Source: Klebsormidium nitens (lineage: Eukaryota; Plantae; Klebsormidiophyceae). From it: a DNA stretch of 64,000 bases. The stretch is from assembly GCA_000708835.1 (NCBI GenBank), contig DF237290.1:1-64000 (forward strand). The letters run 5' to 3'. The translations under genes and the position numbers were made by a program. The notes under the pieces were generated by a model, which saw only the letters and a program-made list of their open reading frames with translations, was not told where the DNA came from and did not search any database. Numbering within the stretch: the stretch's first letter is position 1; each line of letters starts with the position of its first letter. Positions 1 to 11,420 of this stretch are shown here, piece after piece.

Positions 1-3000
1 AGGGGGAGGACGAGGGTGTCATCAGGTTGATGAGAACTGTGCCCTTTGAGCTGATCCAGGCAGTTCAGCTCCCGGGGCAGTCGTTGGTGTTCGGTGGGCC
101 GGTGCCAATGATCTTCCTGATGACGACGCAGGGACCGGGTTCGGGATTGGACATGTCGAGGAGGCTGTCGGTAGGGGGGGATTTGGAGAACAACATGGTG
201 TACTTCGACGGATGTCACCTGGTGGTGAAGTGGCTGAGGTATACGGCGACGGTGTACGACCACCATAATGGGAAGCTACAAGAGGCGTGGGTGGGTTTCA
301 TCCAGTCGGAGTCGTATGAGGCGGTGTCGCAGTTGTTCGCGACGTGGAAGGCGATAGGGTTGCGGGGGTACGATGGGTCGAAGGGGGGGGAGCCGGTGGA
401 GCAGCACGTGGTGTCCCCGTCGGACACGATGATGGACAATGCGGAGGGGCCGAACCGTGCGATGAAGGAGCAGTTCGCGGACCAGAGGAAGATTGGTCGA
501 GCAGTCGAGCACACGTGTTCGCTGCACTTTCACGAATGCAGGAGGAAGCACGAGCAGAAGTATCTACCGGTGGAGTGGTGGGGGGCTCACAGGGACATAG
601 CAGAGGTACTTTTGGGAGCAAAGAACGCGGATGAAGTGGAGGCAATTGCGTCGGAAATGATGGAGTTCTACAAGATGAGGTGCAAGACGGAGGGGGACGC
701 ACACAGGATGGAGGGTTGGCTTCAATACTGGTTGCAAAGGTAAGATATTCAGATAGAGTTAGAATTTGAAGAGAGTCAATTAAGGCATACTGGCATATGT
801 GCATATGTTTGTTTCTGCTTGATACATGTTCTTGATAGAGTAAAAAATATGCATTTTGAATAATGATCATCTTGTACTGATACACGCTTTGCTTGGAGAC
901 AATGTTCCTCTGGACTTTATTGGGGAAAGACACGATGAAGTGAAGCAGTGTATACTTTGGAGGTTCGAATACATTATTTGTGTGTTCTGACGCGTTGAAC
1001 TGTTGAAGTGTCTCCCTACTCTTACACTTACAGTTCTCGTAGAATTTTTACACTTATAGTTTTCAGGGTTCTAGAAAACGAATTTTAGGAATTGCAATTC
1101 ACCGTGTCGCGGTGGATGTTGACAGCGCGAATTAATTTTATGGGAGCTTGCAATTCACCGTGGAGCGGTGTATTGCGACTGCGAGAAAAGAAGGTCGTTA
1201 GTAGTTGTAATCTACCGCGCCGCGGTGGATTTACCCTTTAGAAAAAACAGTATCGTAACTACTTCCAGACTACCGCGTCGCGGTATATAATAATTTTGGC
1301 AACACTTTGAACTTTTTTGCTGAAAGTGTATGATGTACGATCACACACAGAGGCAATTGTCGTTTCGCTCAATAACAAAGTAAAGTAATCCGATGAATGA
1401 ATTGATTTCGCAGGGCAGCGAAGCTCGTCGGCTACAGGGAGGAGGAGTGCCTGTTCGACCCGCCCACCAGGGAAGGGTTCGCGACGAGAAGCAACCTCGC
1501 AGAGCCAGGGCACGCGTCTCACCTCGTGGCGCTGGGGGGGAAGAAGAAGCAGATGGACCTCGCAGCGGCGGTCCTCATGTCGGGAGCGGCTATGCTGCTT
1601 CAGATGTCAGACGCACGCGCGAGGAAGGAGGGCCTTATCGGGAGGGCCGGGGGACCAACGCTGGAGGACAACCAGAGAAGGAATGAAGGGTGGAGAGAGA
1701 GGGTGCAGGAGATGGGAAAGAGACTGGAGGAGGGTTGGAGTGTGCGAGAAGCGCAAAAACAATTCGAGGAAAGGGTGGAAGAGGCGGGGTACGTGGCGGA
1801 GCCCATGGGGACAGACAGGATTCTGTCAATGACGGTCAAGCGAAAGGCGGGGGATGTAGGGAAGGGAAAGGGAAAGCTGCAAGAGGACTTGGAGGAAACG
1901 CATCGAGCTGACAAGTTGAGGAGAGAAACGTGGTTGAAGAAGGGACAAAGCTCGAGAGGGGGAGAGGAAGATGTGGGGGGGTCAGGATTGGCTACAGTTC
2001 TTCGAGCGGACGTAGCGAGCGCCGTAGGGGGGTTGACGGTAGAGGAAATGCGCTGGCAAGCGGAGGGGCTACAGTGGTACGGAAAGACCAGGGAAACGAA
2101 TGAGGCGGACGAGGCGATGGCGAAAAAACTCATGGAAGAATTGTTAGAGGGGGAAAGGTTGGAGAAAGAGGGAAGGATTGGAGGAGGAGAAGAGATGGGC
2201 CCAGATGAGCTTGAGGAGAGGAGCGCGGACGAGATGGACCAGGGTGGATTGCATAGAGGAGAAACGCCGGTACGAAAGAATGGTGGTGCAAGGGAGACAC
2301 TGTTCGAAGCGGAGGCGCTGTTCATGGCATCCAACGCGCCAGAGCGTTTGAGACCGGACGCAAAGAAGTATGAAACGGAGTGGGGGTTGGCGAGGTTGAA
2401 GGGAGACGACATGGGGTCCTGCTGCGGAGTGTACGTGGATGATGGTTGCGGGTACAGATGCCCGGAGCTGTTGAATAAGGGGGTGGAGCCGGGAGGTGTG
2501 GGAAGGCTAGTGCTGATGAAGTGAGTGTCAAATTTTACGTATTTTACAACTCGTAGTCAATGTGCATGCTTCGACATAGCTTGCAAGTAGCTGTTTCATT
2601 TGGAGCAATCGGGAATATATGTTGATTTTGTATTACGTTCTTGTATTGTAGGGTGGGGCCGAGGCTAGCGGGCTGTCGCACGGCGGGAGGACAAGAGGAG
2701 AAGATTGGTTATCCGGCGAGGATCAAGAAGTGCGCGAGGCGTCGCTGCTGGGGGTTGTGCTACACCGTTTCGAGCACGGTGGCACTGCCGGATCCGGATA
2801 CCCACGTGTTCCCCCTGTTTGAGGGAACGGAGGTGACGGAGGAGGAACGCGTAGCACTAGCGCACGAGGGGATCGTGTTTTTGGCGGCGCTCCCTCGAGT
2901 GAAGGATCCGGGGTCTATGTTCCCTCCGAAGCTCCAAGTGTCGCCGTTCTCGCAAAGCGGAGGGCCCCAGGTGTACAGGTGGTTGGGTGCGGCGCCGGCG

Positions 3001-3522
3001 TCCGGGAATGGTCCTGCGGACAGGAAAAGTCAAGGCCGAGCGCGCGAGCAACAGAGGCAGGCGAAGAAAGAGAGGGAGGCGCTGGAGCACCGGGGGGCTT
3101 TTCTGGTGAAGGGGAAGAAGGTGCGAAACAGGACCGAGATGACAAAGCAGATGAGAGAGAGCAGTGTGAAGGGGCAGATGTACAAAGGGAAGGTGGTGTC
3201 GGTGAAGCTGGAGGTGGACGCGACGACGGGTCTAACCGAGCGGACGTTTACGATCGCTACGGAGGGGTTGGCAGGGTCGGATACGGGCATGACGTACGCT
3301 GTGCACATCGGCAAGTTGTGCACCTGCACGTGCCCTGCGTACCGAGACATGATGGCGGACACTAGGACGGGTTTCACCTGGTGCAAGCACATTTACGCGG
3401 TTATGATCAAGGTATTAGGGTATCCCGTCAATTCGCCTTTGTTGAAAGTAGTGGCTTTCAGCGAACGAGAGAGGCGAGAGGTAGACAGTAAGCAGGCGGA
3501 CCTAAAGAGGTTGGAAGGGTAG
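1..3522 (+). CDS. MULE transposase with SWIM zinc finger (5'-partial, about 900 aa in window)
   Basis: Exons <1..739, 1414..2520, 2652..3522; both GT-AG introns are phase 2 and join in frame with no internal stop. MULE motifs: YFDGCH (D1), MMDNAEG (D2), CSLH (CxxH), TRSNLAEPGH (E). SWIM: CTCPAY...WCKHIYAV. Confidence 0.85.
1092..1290. repeat. Array of 4 palindromic repeats (core ACCGYG-N-CGCGGT) at a 56-58 bp period inside transposase intron 740-1413
   Basis: Cores at 1101-1113, 1157-1169, 1214-1226 and 1272-1284. The first two are preceded by TTGCAATTC. Confidence 0.9.
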
Positions 3523-4085
3523 TAGGGGCGGAGGTAGCGTTAAGGTCTCAATCGACCGACCCAGATGTATCATATTGTAACATATGAGTTTCGAAGTAAT
3601 GTACTAGCATGCATGCGCTATGCATTGCGTCCGTCGAATGAAATGTCATGAAGGGCCGGGATAACAGTCTGCAATCGCATATCGTCGTGCATATGAATGA
3701 AGGTGTTAGATAGGAAATGGTGCTGATTGAATGAAAACGGGGTACTAACTTATGCAAAAAATTGTACGTAGACGCGGCCTCTTGAATTATGCTTAATGGC
3801 GTTAATGCAAATAGCGGAAAGGAAATGAAAACAAAGGGCAAGAAAAATTGCTTGCGATTACGCAGACAGTTGTGTATGACGACTAACGGGGTAGGGTATG
3901 TGTTTCTGTTCGGGCTAATCGAACACTTACACTTTAATATGGCTGCGTTTTCGCTATGATACGTGATTGAAACCAATAAGCATGAGAGTAAAGTTTGAAA
4001 GTTCGAAAGTGTGGGAACGTATGTGTTTGGACAAACGCTTGAATAGAGCAAACGGATTGTATGCCTGCAAACGTGTGCATAGTGA

Positions 4086-4493
4086 TTTGTAAACGTTATC
4101 GAACGAGAGGGAGAGAATACCGGTGATGTTGAGCCGCAATGCGTGATATTCCACGAGGGCGGTCGCCCGAGTTGGAATATCTCGCCGAAGGATTCAATAT
4201 GACCCGTATTGTCGACCCCCGAGTGGGATGACCGACTTATCCTACGGCCGGTCTGCATACTTGGTCTTATCGACTCGGACGGCTGGTACGTGCTTTCGCT
4301 CCCGCCCGGTACAGCTCTTGCACCGTACCAAAGGTACGGTACAGCAGGCGCCGCGGTACAGAACCGGACGTTGCTCACACATTGAAATTCCCACTCCCAC
4401 CTCACGCGAGTGGATTACATTTCGATATACCACGCGCACGTGCCTCTGCCTCCACCGGCAAGTTGGAACACGCCGGTTATCCAAAGTGGTTAA
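4086..4493 (+). pseudogene. Decayed cargo ORF inside the MULE (136 codons, two internal TGA)
   Basis: One GC3-rich frame is continuous apart from TGA at 4200 and 4383, and the antisense of the same frame is open (ORF 3548..4405). No family recognised. Confidence 0.45.
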
Positions 4494-5754
4494 CCCAATC
4501 GTGGGGTAAAGAACTGTGAACAATAAATAGCGACACAAAGTGTTTGTGAGTCATTGCTTTCGGGTGGAGAGTGTTGGTGCAGTCAAATTTAAGCATACAC
4601 TAAAACGACGAGAATATAAACCTTTTAAACGTACCTCGCTGTAATCGTGACCGCAATAATCATTCTGGAAACCCTAATAGTGCTAAGTGATTGGAACTAT
4701 AGCGTCTGATATCTCTCCGAGGTGATCATGGGTATGCCATCCGGCCCGCGTGTCCTGCAATTCACCCGACAAACGCATTGAAAGGCTGAAACAACTATGT
4801 AGGCCCTTAACGTATGTAGGCTCTTAACATAGTGCAAATATAGCCTGACGTTATGTGTCGAAGACGCTATTTCAGGACAAACACACGCAATACACTATAC
4901 GAGCCAACGCGGGCACGACAAAATAAGGTTGATGTCGTGTCATCCGAAAGCTATCTAGCCTTTCTTTTAGAACTGTATCCAAAAATGATGAATCTACGTT
5001 TACGGCATGGTCAATTCAAATGCGGAAGGATTGCAGGGCGCGTTCATGGTCAACGGCGCGTAGGATATTGTGACCGGGTGCTAAAGTAAGCGTGGATTGC
5101 GGTAATATGAAACAATCATATAGTGTACATGTATGTAGAACAAAGTGTCTGATTGAAAATGTCTAGTACATGAAGACCCAATTTGCCACCGAGTGCGGAA
5201 ACCATGGTGGAATCGAGAACGTGCAAAGTCAACAGCCGGGATGCTACGGCACTAGCAGTGTATGCACCTCAGTCTCCAAATGTGTTATGAAGTGTAGATC
5301 GTGGTGGGTATGCTTGATATAACCGCATTTCATAAAGATCGCACTCTGTGCGAAACACATGGAGCCCTAAAATTTTTGTACCAATGTAAAGCCACATGGA
5401 ACGTGTTCGTAAAAAGAATTGTGTCTCGTGTGTGGTGATAGATAATACGAAATGATCTTATGTAGCATAATATGTGTGGCTTATCCAACTGTTGGTGGAT
5501 CATGGCAGTGGCATGCAAATACGTTAGTATGAGTCCACTCGTTATCACCCGGCCGGAGGCGAAAAGTGAAAGCAATGGGGAAGAAAAGGATTGATCAAGT
5601 GCTTAAAGTGTGCCTATCGGCAAGAGCGAAAGCCTTATCGTGTACACTACCACAGTTGCCAGTCGATACACGACGAGTGGCAGTAATAACATTATATCAT
5701 AACAATTAGCGTCAATAACCTAACACCCTCATATAGGCCTGTTGGTTTTTACCG

Positions 5755-5792
5755 TTTTAGGGTTTTAGGGTTTTAGGGTTTGAAGGTTTGAG
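5755..5792 (+). repeat. Interstitial telomere-type repeat (TTTTAGGG)3 plus degenerate units
   Basis: Three perfect TTTTAGGG at 5755-5778, followed by TTTGAAGG and TTTGAGG. Confidence 0.9.
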
Positions 5793-5828
5793 GAGCGACT
5801 ACTAGAACCATGACACACACAATGATGT

Positions 5829-5946
5829 ACCGCGCCGCGGTGTATTGTCTTGAAGTGATTGTCAGCATAAATAAGTACCGGCTTTTGAAGACCGGATGCA
5901 ACGTGTAGCTTTAACACCAAGATAGTGATATCCACCGCGCCGCGGT
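5829..5946. repeat. Two subterminal ACCGCGCCGCGGT palindromes
   Basis: Perfect 13-bp cores at 5829-5841 and 5934-5946, identical to the intron copy at 1214-1226. Confidence 0.9.
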
Positions 5947-7496
5947 GAATACAACTCAGTAGATTCTGTCAACGATGCGAATGCTGACGTCAGCAGTACT
6001 GACGTCAGCACAAACTCCGCAAATTTTAACCGCCGCAATTTTCCTAAATTATTTCTTTTTCCGACCTACAAACTCTCTAAAAAATTAACTTTATATACTC
6101 TTCTAACCTACAATCTCGCTAGCTAGACTAACTAGAGCCGGCAAACAACAATGATCCGCCATGCAAGTTCGCGGTCAAGAGAAACCCTGACTCGGAACCG
6201 CGCGGCCGGCAGCGGCGCCCGCCCCCCGCCCGCCCCTTCGCAATAACGGGCCGATCATCGTTTTGCCGCGGAAATAGTGAACTTACAACGTACATATCTA
6301 CATACTCTAATGATCGAAGCCTGAAAGTCGTGCGCGTATACAGGCTCGATCCCCCGCTCCTCACTGTGATCTAGTGATCCGCGGCTCAAGATCTCCGACC
6401 AACACAAATGGACTGGAAGACGACCTGGATTGTGCCAACCCCTTGAAAGAGGCTCAAAAGGCGTTCGATGAAACATCCTGTATAACCTAGATAATGATAC
6501 AAGCTCCTGACAGCATTCTTGGTTCCGTTCATTCGCCTAGTCGCTGTCTATACGACATAGTTCAACCAAGACGTTACGTCTCATCAGGCGCTTGATTATT
6601 CTCTTCGCTTTTGCAGCTTGGATCGCAAGTTACAAGCATAGTACCCGGGCCGTATTGATTGACAAGCAGAGTCAATCCGAAGTTGCGAGCATATGTAGGT
6701 CATGCTCTCTTGGTAATCGGTCGCCAGCAGCCTGCCCTCTTACATTTCACCCAGCCAACATCCTACACAGCTGATTTACTAATAGTACTGTGCCCTATTG
6801 CACTAACTTCATACATACCGCCTATGTAAGATTTGAACCCAAAAAAGATGAACCGTATCTTAGGATGCACCGCTTCTATATGTGACTTCACAATTAACCA
6901 TCATCCTAACCCGCTTCCAAGTCGGTAGCTTCTGGCTCCGTTGCGTCCTCGGCTTGAAGACCTGGCAAAGTGCGCTAATCAGACCCTCTTCGAGTTGAGG
7001 TCTTCGGGCCACTATTCCAGGTGGTCGCCAATAGGGAAGTGGGGTGGCGGTGGAGGGGGCGACCCACTACACCAGGCAGAAAAGGCAGATTAGCTCACAT
7101 CAGGGCTTGTTGAATTAGGAATAAAATTGAAGAGACTCACGTACGGCTGACGTAAGCGAAGAGTAAAAGGCCAACCAGCAGCACAAGATGTCTCGCCAAG
7201 CTAGTATGCTAGCGCAATCTGAGGTTGTGTAAGCACAATCGTTAGCCGCGCTCTTGAAAATGTGCCGAGGATGGCACAGCATTGCAAGTCACTCAACAGC
7301 TGGTGACTGAAGATGCTTCAAAAGATAGCAGCATGAGGATTACGGGTCCACTGCACGGCACTGTTTTCAGAACAGTCCCTGTCCGGACACAATCAGCCCA
7401 CCGATACAACGAAAAAGGCCCAGCTTGCACCTAAAGATGCCCGCACACCGCACTTTTCACCTAAAAATAACTACAAAAAAAAGCGCGCGTTGAGTC

Positions 7497-9224
7497 TCAC
7501 AAGGTATGCCAGTCACGCGCGAGGTCCTCGAGCACCTTGAACGAATGCATCAGACTGCCCTCTTCCTGGTGTCCGTAGAAAGCCCTGTGGCGCCGCGCGT
7601 CGATGAGAATGACGTCACGTGCGCGCTCACTCAGCGTCACGTACGCGTCATAAGCAGCCGTCTTGTCCGTGATGTATACGAAGAGGGATCGGGTGGAGGG
7701 ATCCCACATCGCGGGGTTGCTCGACACCTGCTTCGAAAGAAAGAGGGGCTTTTTAGGAGGCGCTGAACGGAACCAGGCTTCGAGTGCTCCACGAATGTCG
7801 CCAGTCTCTCTAAGCAAGGGGTAACTGGCAAAACTTAATGCCCATACGAAAAACAATAGAAACTTGTTCGAGTTGTGCAGGTGTGTGGTTCCCTGGATAA
7901 ATAGAACGGCCTTCCCGACAAAAGACGACTGTCTCCAGACCTCGGCCCGGTCGATGCTTCTGTTAAAGTGTCGGATTGCGTACAACACTCACTTCCTCAA
8001 AGGCCCTGAAGACGGCTTCGACATTCACCGTCCCCGCGTTCCCCGAATCCTCGTTGTTGCCGACTTCCGCCGACTCCTTCGACGGTTCGGAATGTGTGTG
8101 GAGCACGAGCGGCTCACCCAAGTCGTCGAAAAGGATGACCCAGCCGTCGTTATCGGAGCCGCGGAACGCCCAGGCGCCCCCTTGTTGCGCGCCCTCTATC
8201 ATCCTGCGCGTCGTGAAGACCTGATTTTAGAAGCGCTCGGAATTGGAAAAGGAAATCCGTACAGTCACCTGCTTCTATGAAATGCGCTGTCGAAAGTTTC
8301 CTGCGAACGGCGAGGATGAGCGGCAGTGCAGCTTGAGCACACGCAAAGAAGGGGTAACAACGTGATTGATTCGTGTTCCTGCTTTGGTCGGGCTATGGTG
8401 ACAAGGTGTCGCAAGTCTTAATGCTTGGCCTTTGCCTGCCATGTCAAGATGTGAACAAAATTGAAACGGTCAGGAGCCGGAGCGAAAAGGCCGAACCGTA
8501 TACATCTTACAAAGAGATGTTGCTGATGTAAAAAGGTCGTTGCCTCGCCATCGAAACACAGGCTTGGAGATCACGTTTTACGGCAGGTAATCGGTCGTAA
8601 CCGATTTCTTTGAACCTTGGGTTCTCCTTAAGGGGCTTGGGTGACATCCTGCGAAATATATGAGACCTTAAAAACAAGCTGACACAAAGAGCCAAACCCA
8701 ACTCTCCTAAAGTGAATTTCGGTACTCCGTCAAAGACCTAATTGTGCGGTTGAGAACGCTGCTAACAAGTGCAGGTTATCAAATGTCTGCCTCTCGAAGC
8801 ATCCAGTGGCCGTGCGCTCATGAACCTTAGACACATTTACCAATTAGTCTAGCAACTATTTAAACTGCAACGTCATCAGTCCCGTTCTCGAAAGCTTTCG
8901 AAACTTCGAAGGTCCAATCTAAATTTAAGCGTACCTTTGCAAGTCGCCTGGCTTCAGTGGCTGCTCGGTACTCTCCACTTGAAAGCTTCCCTCTGGGACC
9001 AACAAGTACAAATTGGCGTATTCATGCCAACGGTTCATGTTGCCAAACCCAAGTAGATCAGCAGGGGAGGTATATGTCACAAAGCACCTCCTTAGAGCGC
9101 AGAGCTTGGAAACAAAGGACCCAACATCTCGTTCCGCACGGGCATCGAAGTCGGGGTAGTTTTTGGGGTTGAGGATGTCGCTTGGAGAGACACTCGTGGA
9201 CACCTGGCAAATCAAAAGCTGCAT
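7497..9224 (-). CDS. Hypothetical multi-exon protein (orphan; middle exons unresolved, may be a pseudogene)
   Basis: Exon 9224..8935 (MQLLICQ...) joins in phase 2 to exon 8648..8511. GC3-rich downstream blocks are VFTTRR...WVILFDDL (~8220-8118), SIDRAEVW... (7959-7864) and a terminal exon 7809..7497 (ETGDIRGALEAWF...DWHTL*). I could not reconcile the phases in the middle. Confidence 0.45.
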
Positions 9225-9708
9225 ATCATCTCTGGTCTCGATGTCAGGAAATCCGGAGGCTGGTTGACATTCTTTAGGGGCCAAAAGACTGTTGCAGCAT
9301 GACGCAAACCAAGCGGCAAAAACGCTCTTCTGATTGTCTCTGCATGCGTTTGTTCACATCGCTAAGTTTGGGAGCAGTGATGTAAGTTCAACGTGATGTG
9401 AATAAACCCTGCGCTGGCCTGCGCTCAAGGTGTACAGGTGACGTTTGACGCGCCAGCTAATTTATGAGATTATGAGATGAGGCCCTGAGAGCCGTAACCA
9501 CAGCTTCCATCCATCCTGCCACCCTGAATTTCATCAGGACTTCAAAGCAAGAGACGCTAGCTAAAATTCAGAAGGCCTCCCCATACTTTCCAATCAATCT
9601 AGACTCTGCTGATTTGAGACACCGGCCGGCACAGGAGGTCAATCCAAGACGTCATACTGAAATTGTAAGGAAACCTCTTGTTTCTCAAGAAAATTGAGGT
9701 GCAACGTT

Positions 9709-9783
9709 GAACTGTTTAGTGTCTGATGGGCTTTGTTCAGATATGATGAAGTTAAACAAAGCCCATCAGACACTAAACAGTTC
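9709..9783. repeat. Perfect 29-bp inverted repeat with a 17-nt loop (75-nt hairpin)
   Basis: GAACTGTTTAGTGTCTGATGGGCTTTGTT (9709-9737) is the exact reverse complement of 9755-9783. Confidence 0.95.
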
Positions 9784-11420
9784 CAGCTCGCTCACCGTTA
9801 GTCGATTGCTTCTCATCATCCAGCCCCAACCTGGCTGCTGTCGTGGGCCCTCCTCATCTGCCCCTCTCAGAAGCAAAAAGTAGGCTGAGTACTTGGTCCT
9901 ACTAAAGCTTTGCTGTCCCCAGCCATGGTTGAGTTTGCTGGTGATCAGGGATGTTTTTGTTGGCGCTGAGTCAAGACTGCCAAGATTCAAGCTGCGACGG
10001 CTTCTTTTCGACGTCACCTTTACTTTGCTCAGCATCTGGCCTCTGTCGAACAAGCTGGAGTTGCAGTGAGAAGGGAGAAGCTTCACAGAACCACGCAACT
10101 TTGCAGTTGTGGATGCCATAGCGGGCAAACGGTTTGCAGTCTGATAGACAGAAGCTTCAAGAGGTATTCATGAGGGGAACAAAGCCAGCTTCGCAGTCTG
10201 TCTAGCTGCTTCTGACGTTCTACAAGTACTACTGGTCAGCGTAAATCTCAGGCTGCCTCAGCTTCCCTCTTGACGTCTTTATGCACTCAACTTGAATTGC
10301 CAAACACCGAGGCACGTGGCACTCTGCCTAACTCCCGCCTAACTGTAAGTTGTAACTCGCTGGCTGATGCTCCCGCACCTGTCAAATCATCTAGAGGGAG
10401 CCAGTTAGAGACTCCGAGTGCTCTGTCAGCTCCTATCATTGGGAAGCTGCTGATCACAAGCACAGTCAGCCAGTCAGCAGGGCTAATATGGCTCCTCTTG
10501 CAGCTCTAGAATCCTTTTGATGCCAGGCAAGAAACAATGGGACAATTGCGCTGATGAGCAGCTCAAAGTGTCCAGCACACCAGCTCAGCAGTACAGTATG
10601 GTAATCTGCTTGCGACAGTGAAACTGCAAGCTGAGTGGCTGCTTCATGATAATTCAAAACCCGCGGTTTCAGATTCGACGAACATAAGTTTTTGGTTGGT
10701 TCTGGTACCAGAAACGTTAGAAAAGCATCCGTTTTCCTGCCCCGGTTCTTTCCGGTTGACACAGACAGAGTCGACTTTAGGCTGCCGCGGTGCTGCCGTG
10801 TCTTTTAGAACCGGCAGGAGCTGTTCGAAACCATTTCGCATCGTTAGTAGAAGGAGTTTGATATTAGTTTATATAATTATGCAGTAAAAGCACCTTCCTT
10901 GACTCTGAGCTCCTGCTCCTGGACTGTTGACAGTGTTGATTGTTGTCATTGAGATTTGAAAGCAGCACAATGGATAGTTCTGAAGACGCTTGGTGGCGCC
11001 AGTAGGTAACTTAGATCCTGTGATGTCTCATGAGTCATTCCAGCAATCTCCCCGAAAGCCGGTGTGTGTAGCCCCGCATTTGACTGAAGGACATACACAA
11101 GTGAGTGGGAAAGTCTGCTCCAAGATCAAGAGGGACCCTGAAGAGAAGCAGCTTCTAGTATCTCAAAGAAGCTGCACTGACTGCAAGAGAGGGATTGCCC
11201 CACCACCGAACCCGCACATGTGCACCACCCTCGCATCACATTTCTAGAATGCAGAAGTAGCAGTTTGAAGTTTGAACCCTGTCATTGCCGCAGCTAGTTC
11301 AAGCTGTATGATAGCGGACAATTACTGACACTAAGGTTCAACGAGAGCAGTTTGGTTGCTGTACTTGAGGCCTCCAAGGACATATATATGAAGGAATTCC
11401 TTTCAGAGGCTAGTAGAAGC

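Larger units (their letters stand above)
1..6130 (+). mobile_element. Mutator-like (MULE) DNA transposon, left end outside window; right boundary approximate
   Basis: Encodes a MULE DDE transposase with a C-terminal SWIM finger. This is followed by AT-rich decayed sequence (3530-5750), TTTTAGGG x3 and ACCGCG-N-CGCGGT palindromes that also occur inside the transposase intron. TSD and TIR pairing cannot be tested because the left end is missing. Confidence 0.75.

Noticed and set aside
1092-1290. CRISPR array
   Set aside because: The periodic palindromes look CRISPR-like, but the conserved core is only 13 bp and degenerate, there are no cas genes, and the array lies in a spliceosomal intron of a eukaryotic transposase.
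298-2412. Long antisense ORFs (298..933, 1600..2412)
   Set aside because: These are shadow frames of the purine-rich transposase exons and are Ser/Pro-rich and low complexity.
3548-4405. 285-aa minus-strand ORF as a gene
   Set aside because: No motifs; its GC-rich half is the antisense of the decayed plus-strand frame and the rest is AT-rich non-coding-like sequence.
9738-9890. C/D-box snoRNA (ATGATGA in the hairpin loop)
   Set aside because: No box D with a terminal stem at a suitable distance; the nearest downstream CTGA is about 140 nt away.
9766-10900. Gene on the minus strand upstream of RH58
   Set aside because: The ORF fragments are in different frames with no consistent splice chain and no recognisable domain; left unannotated.
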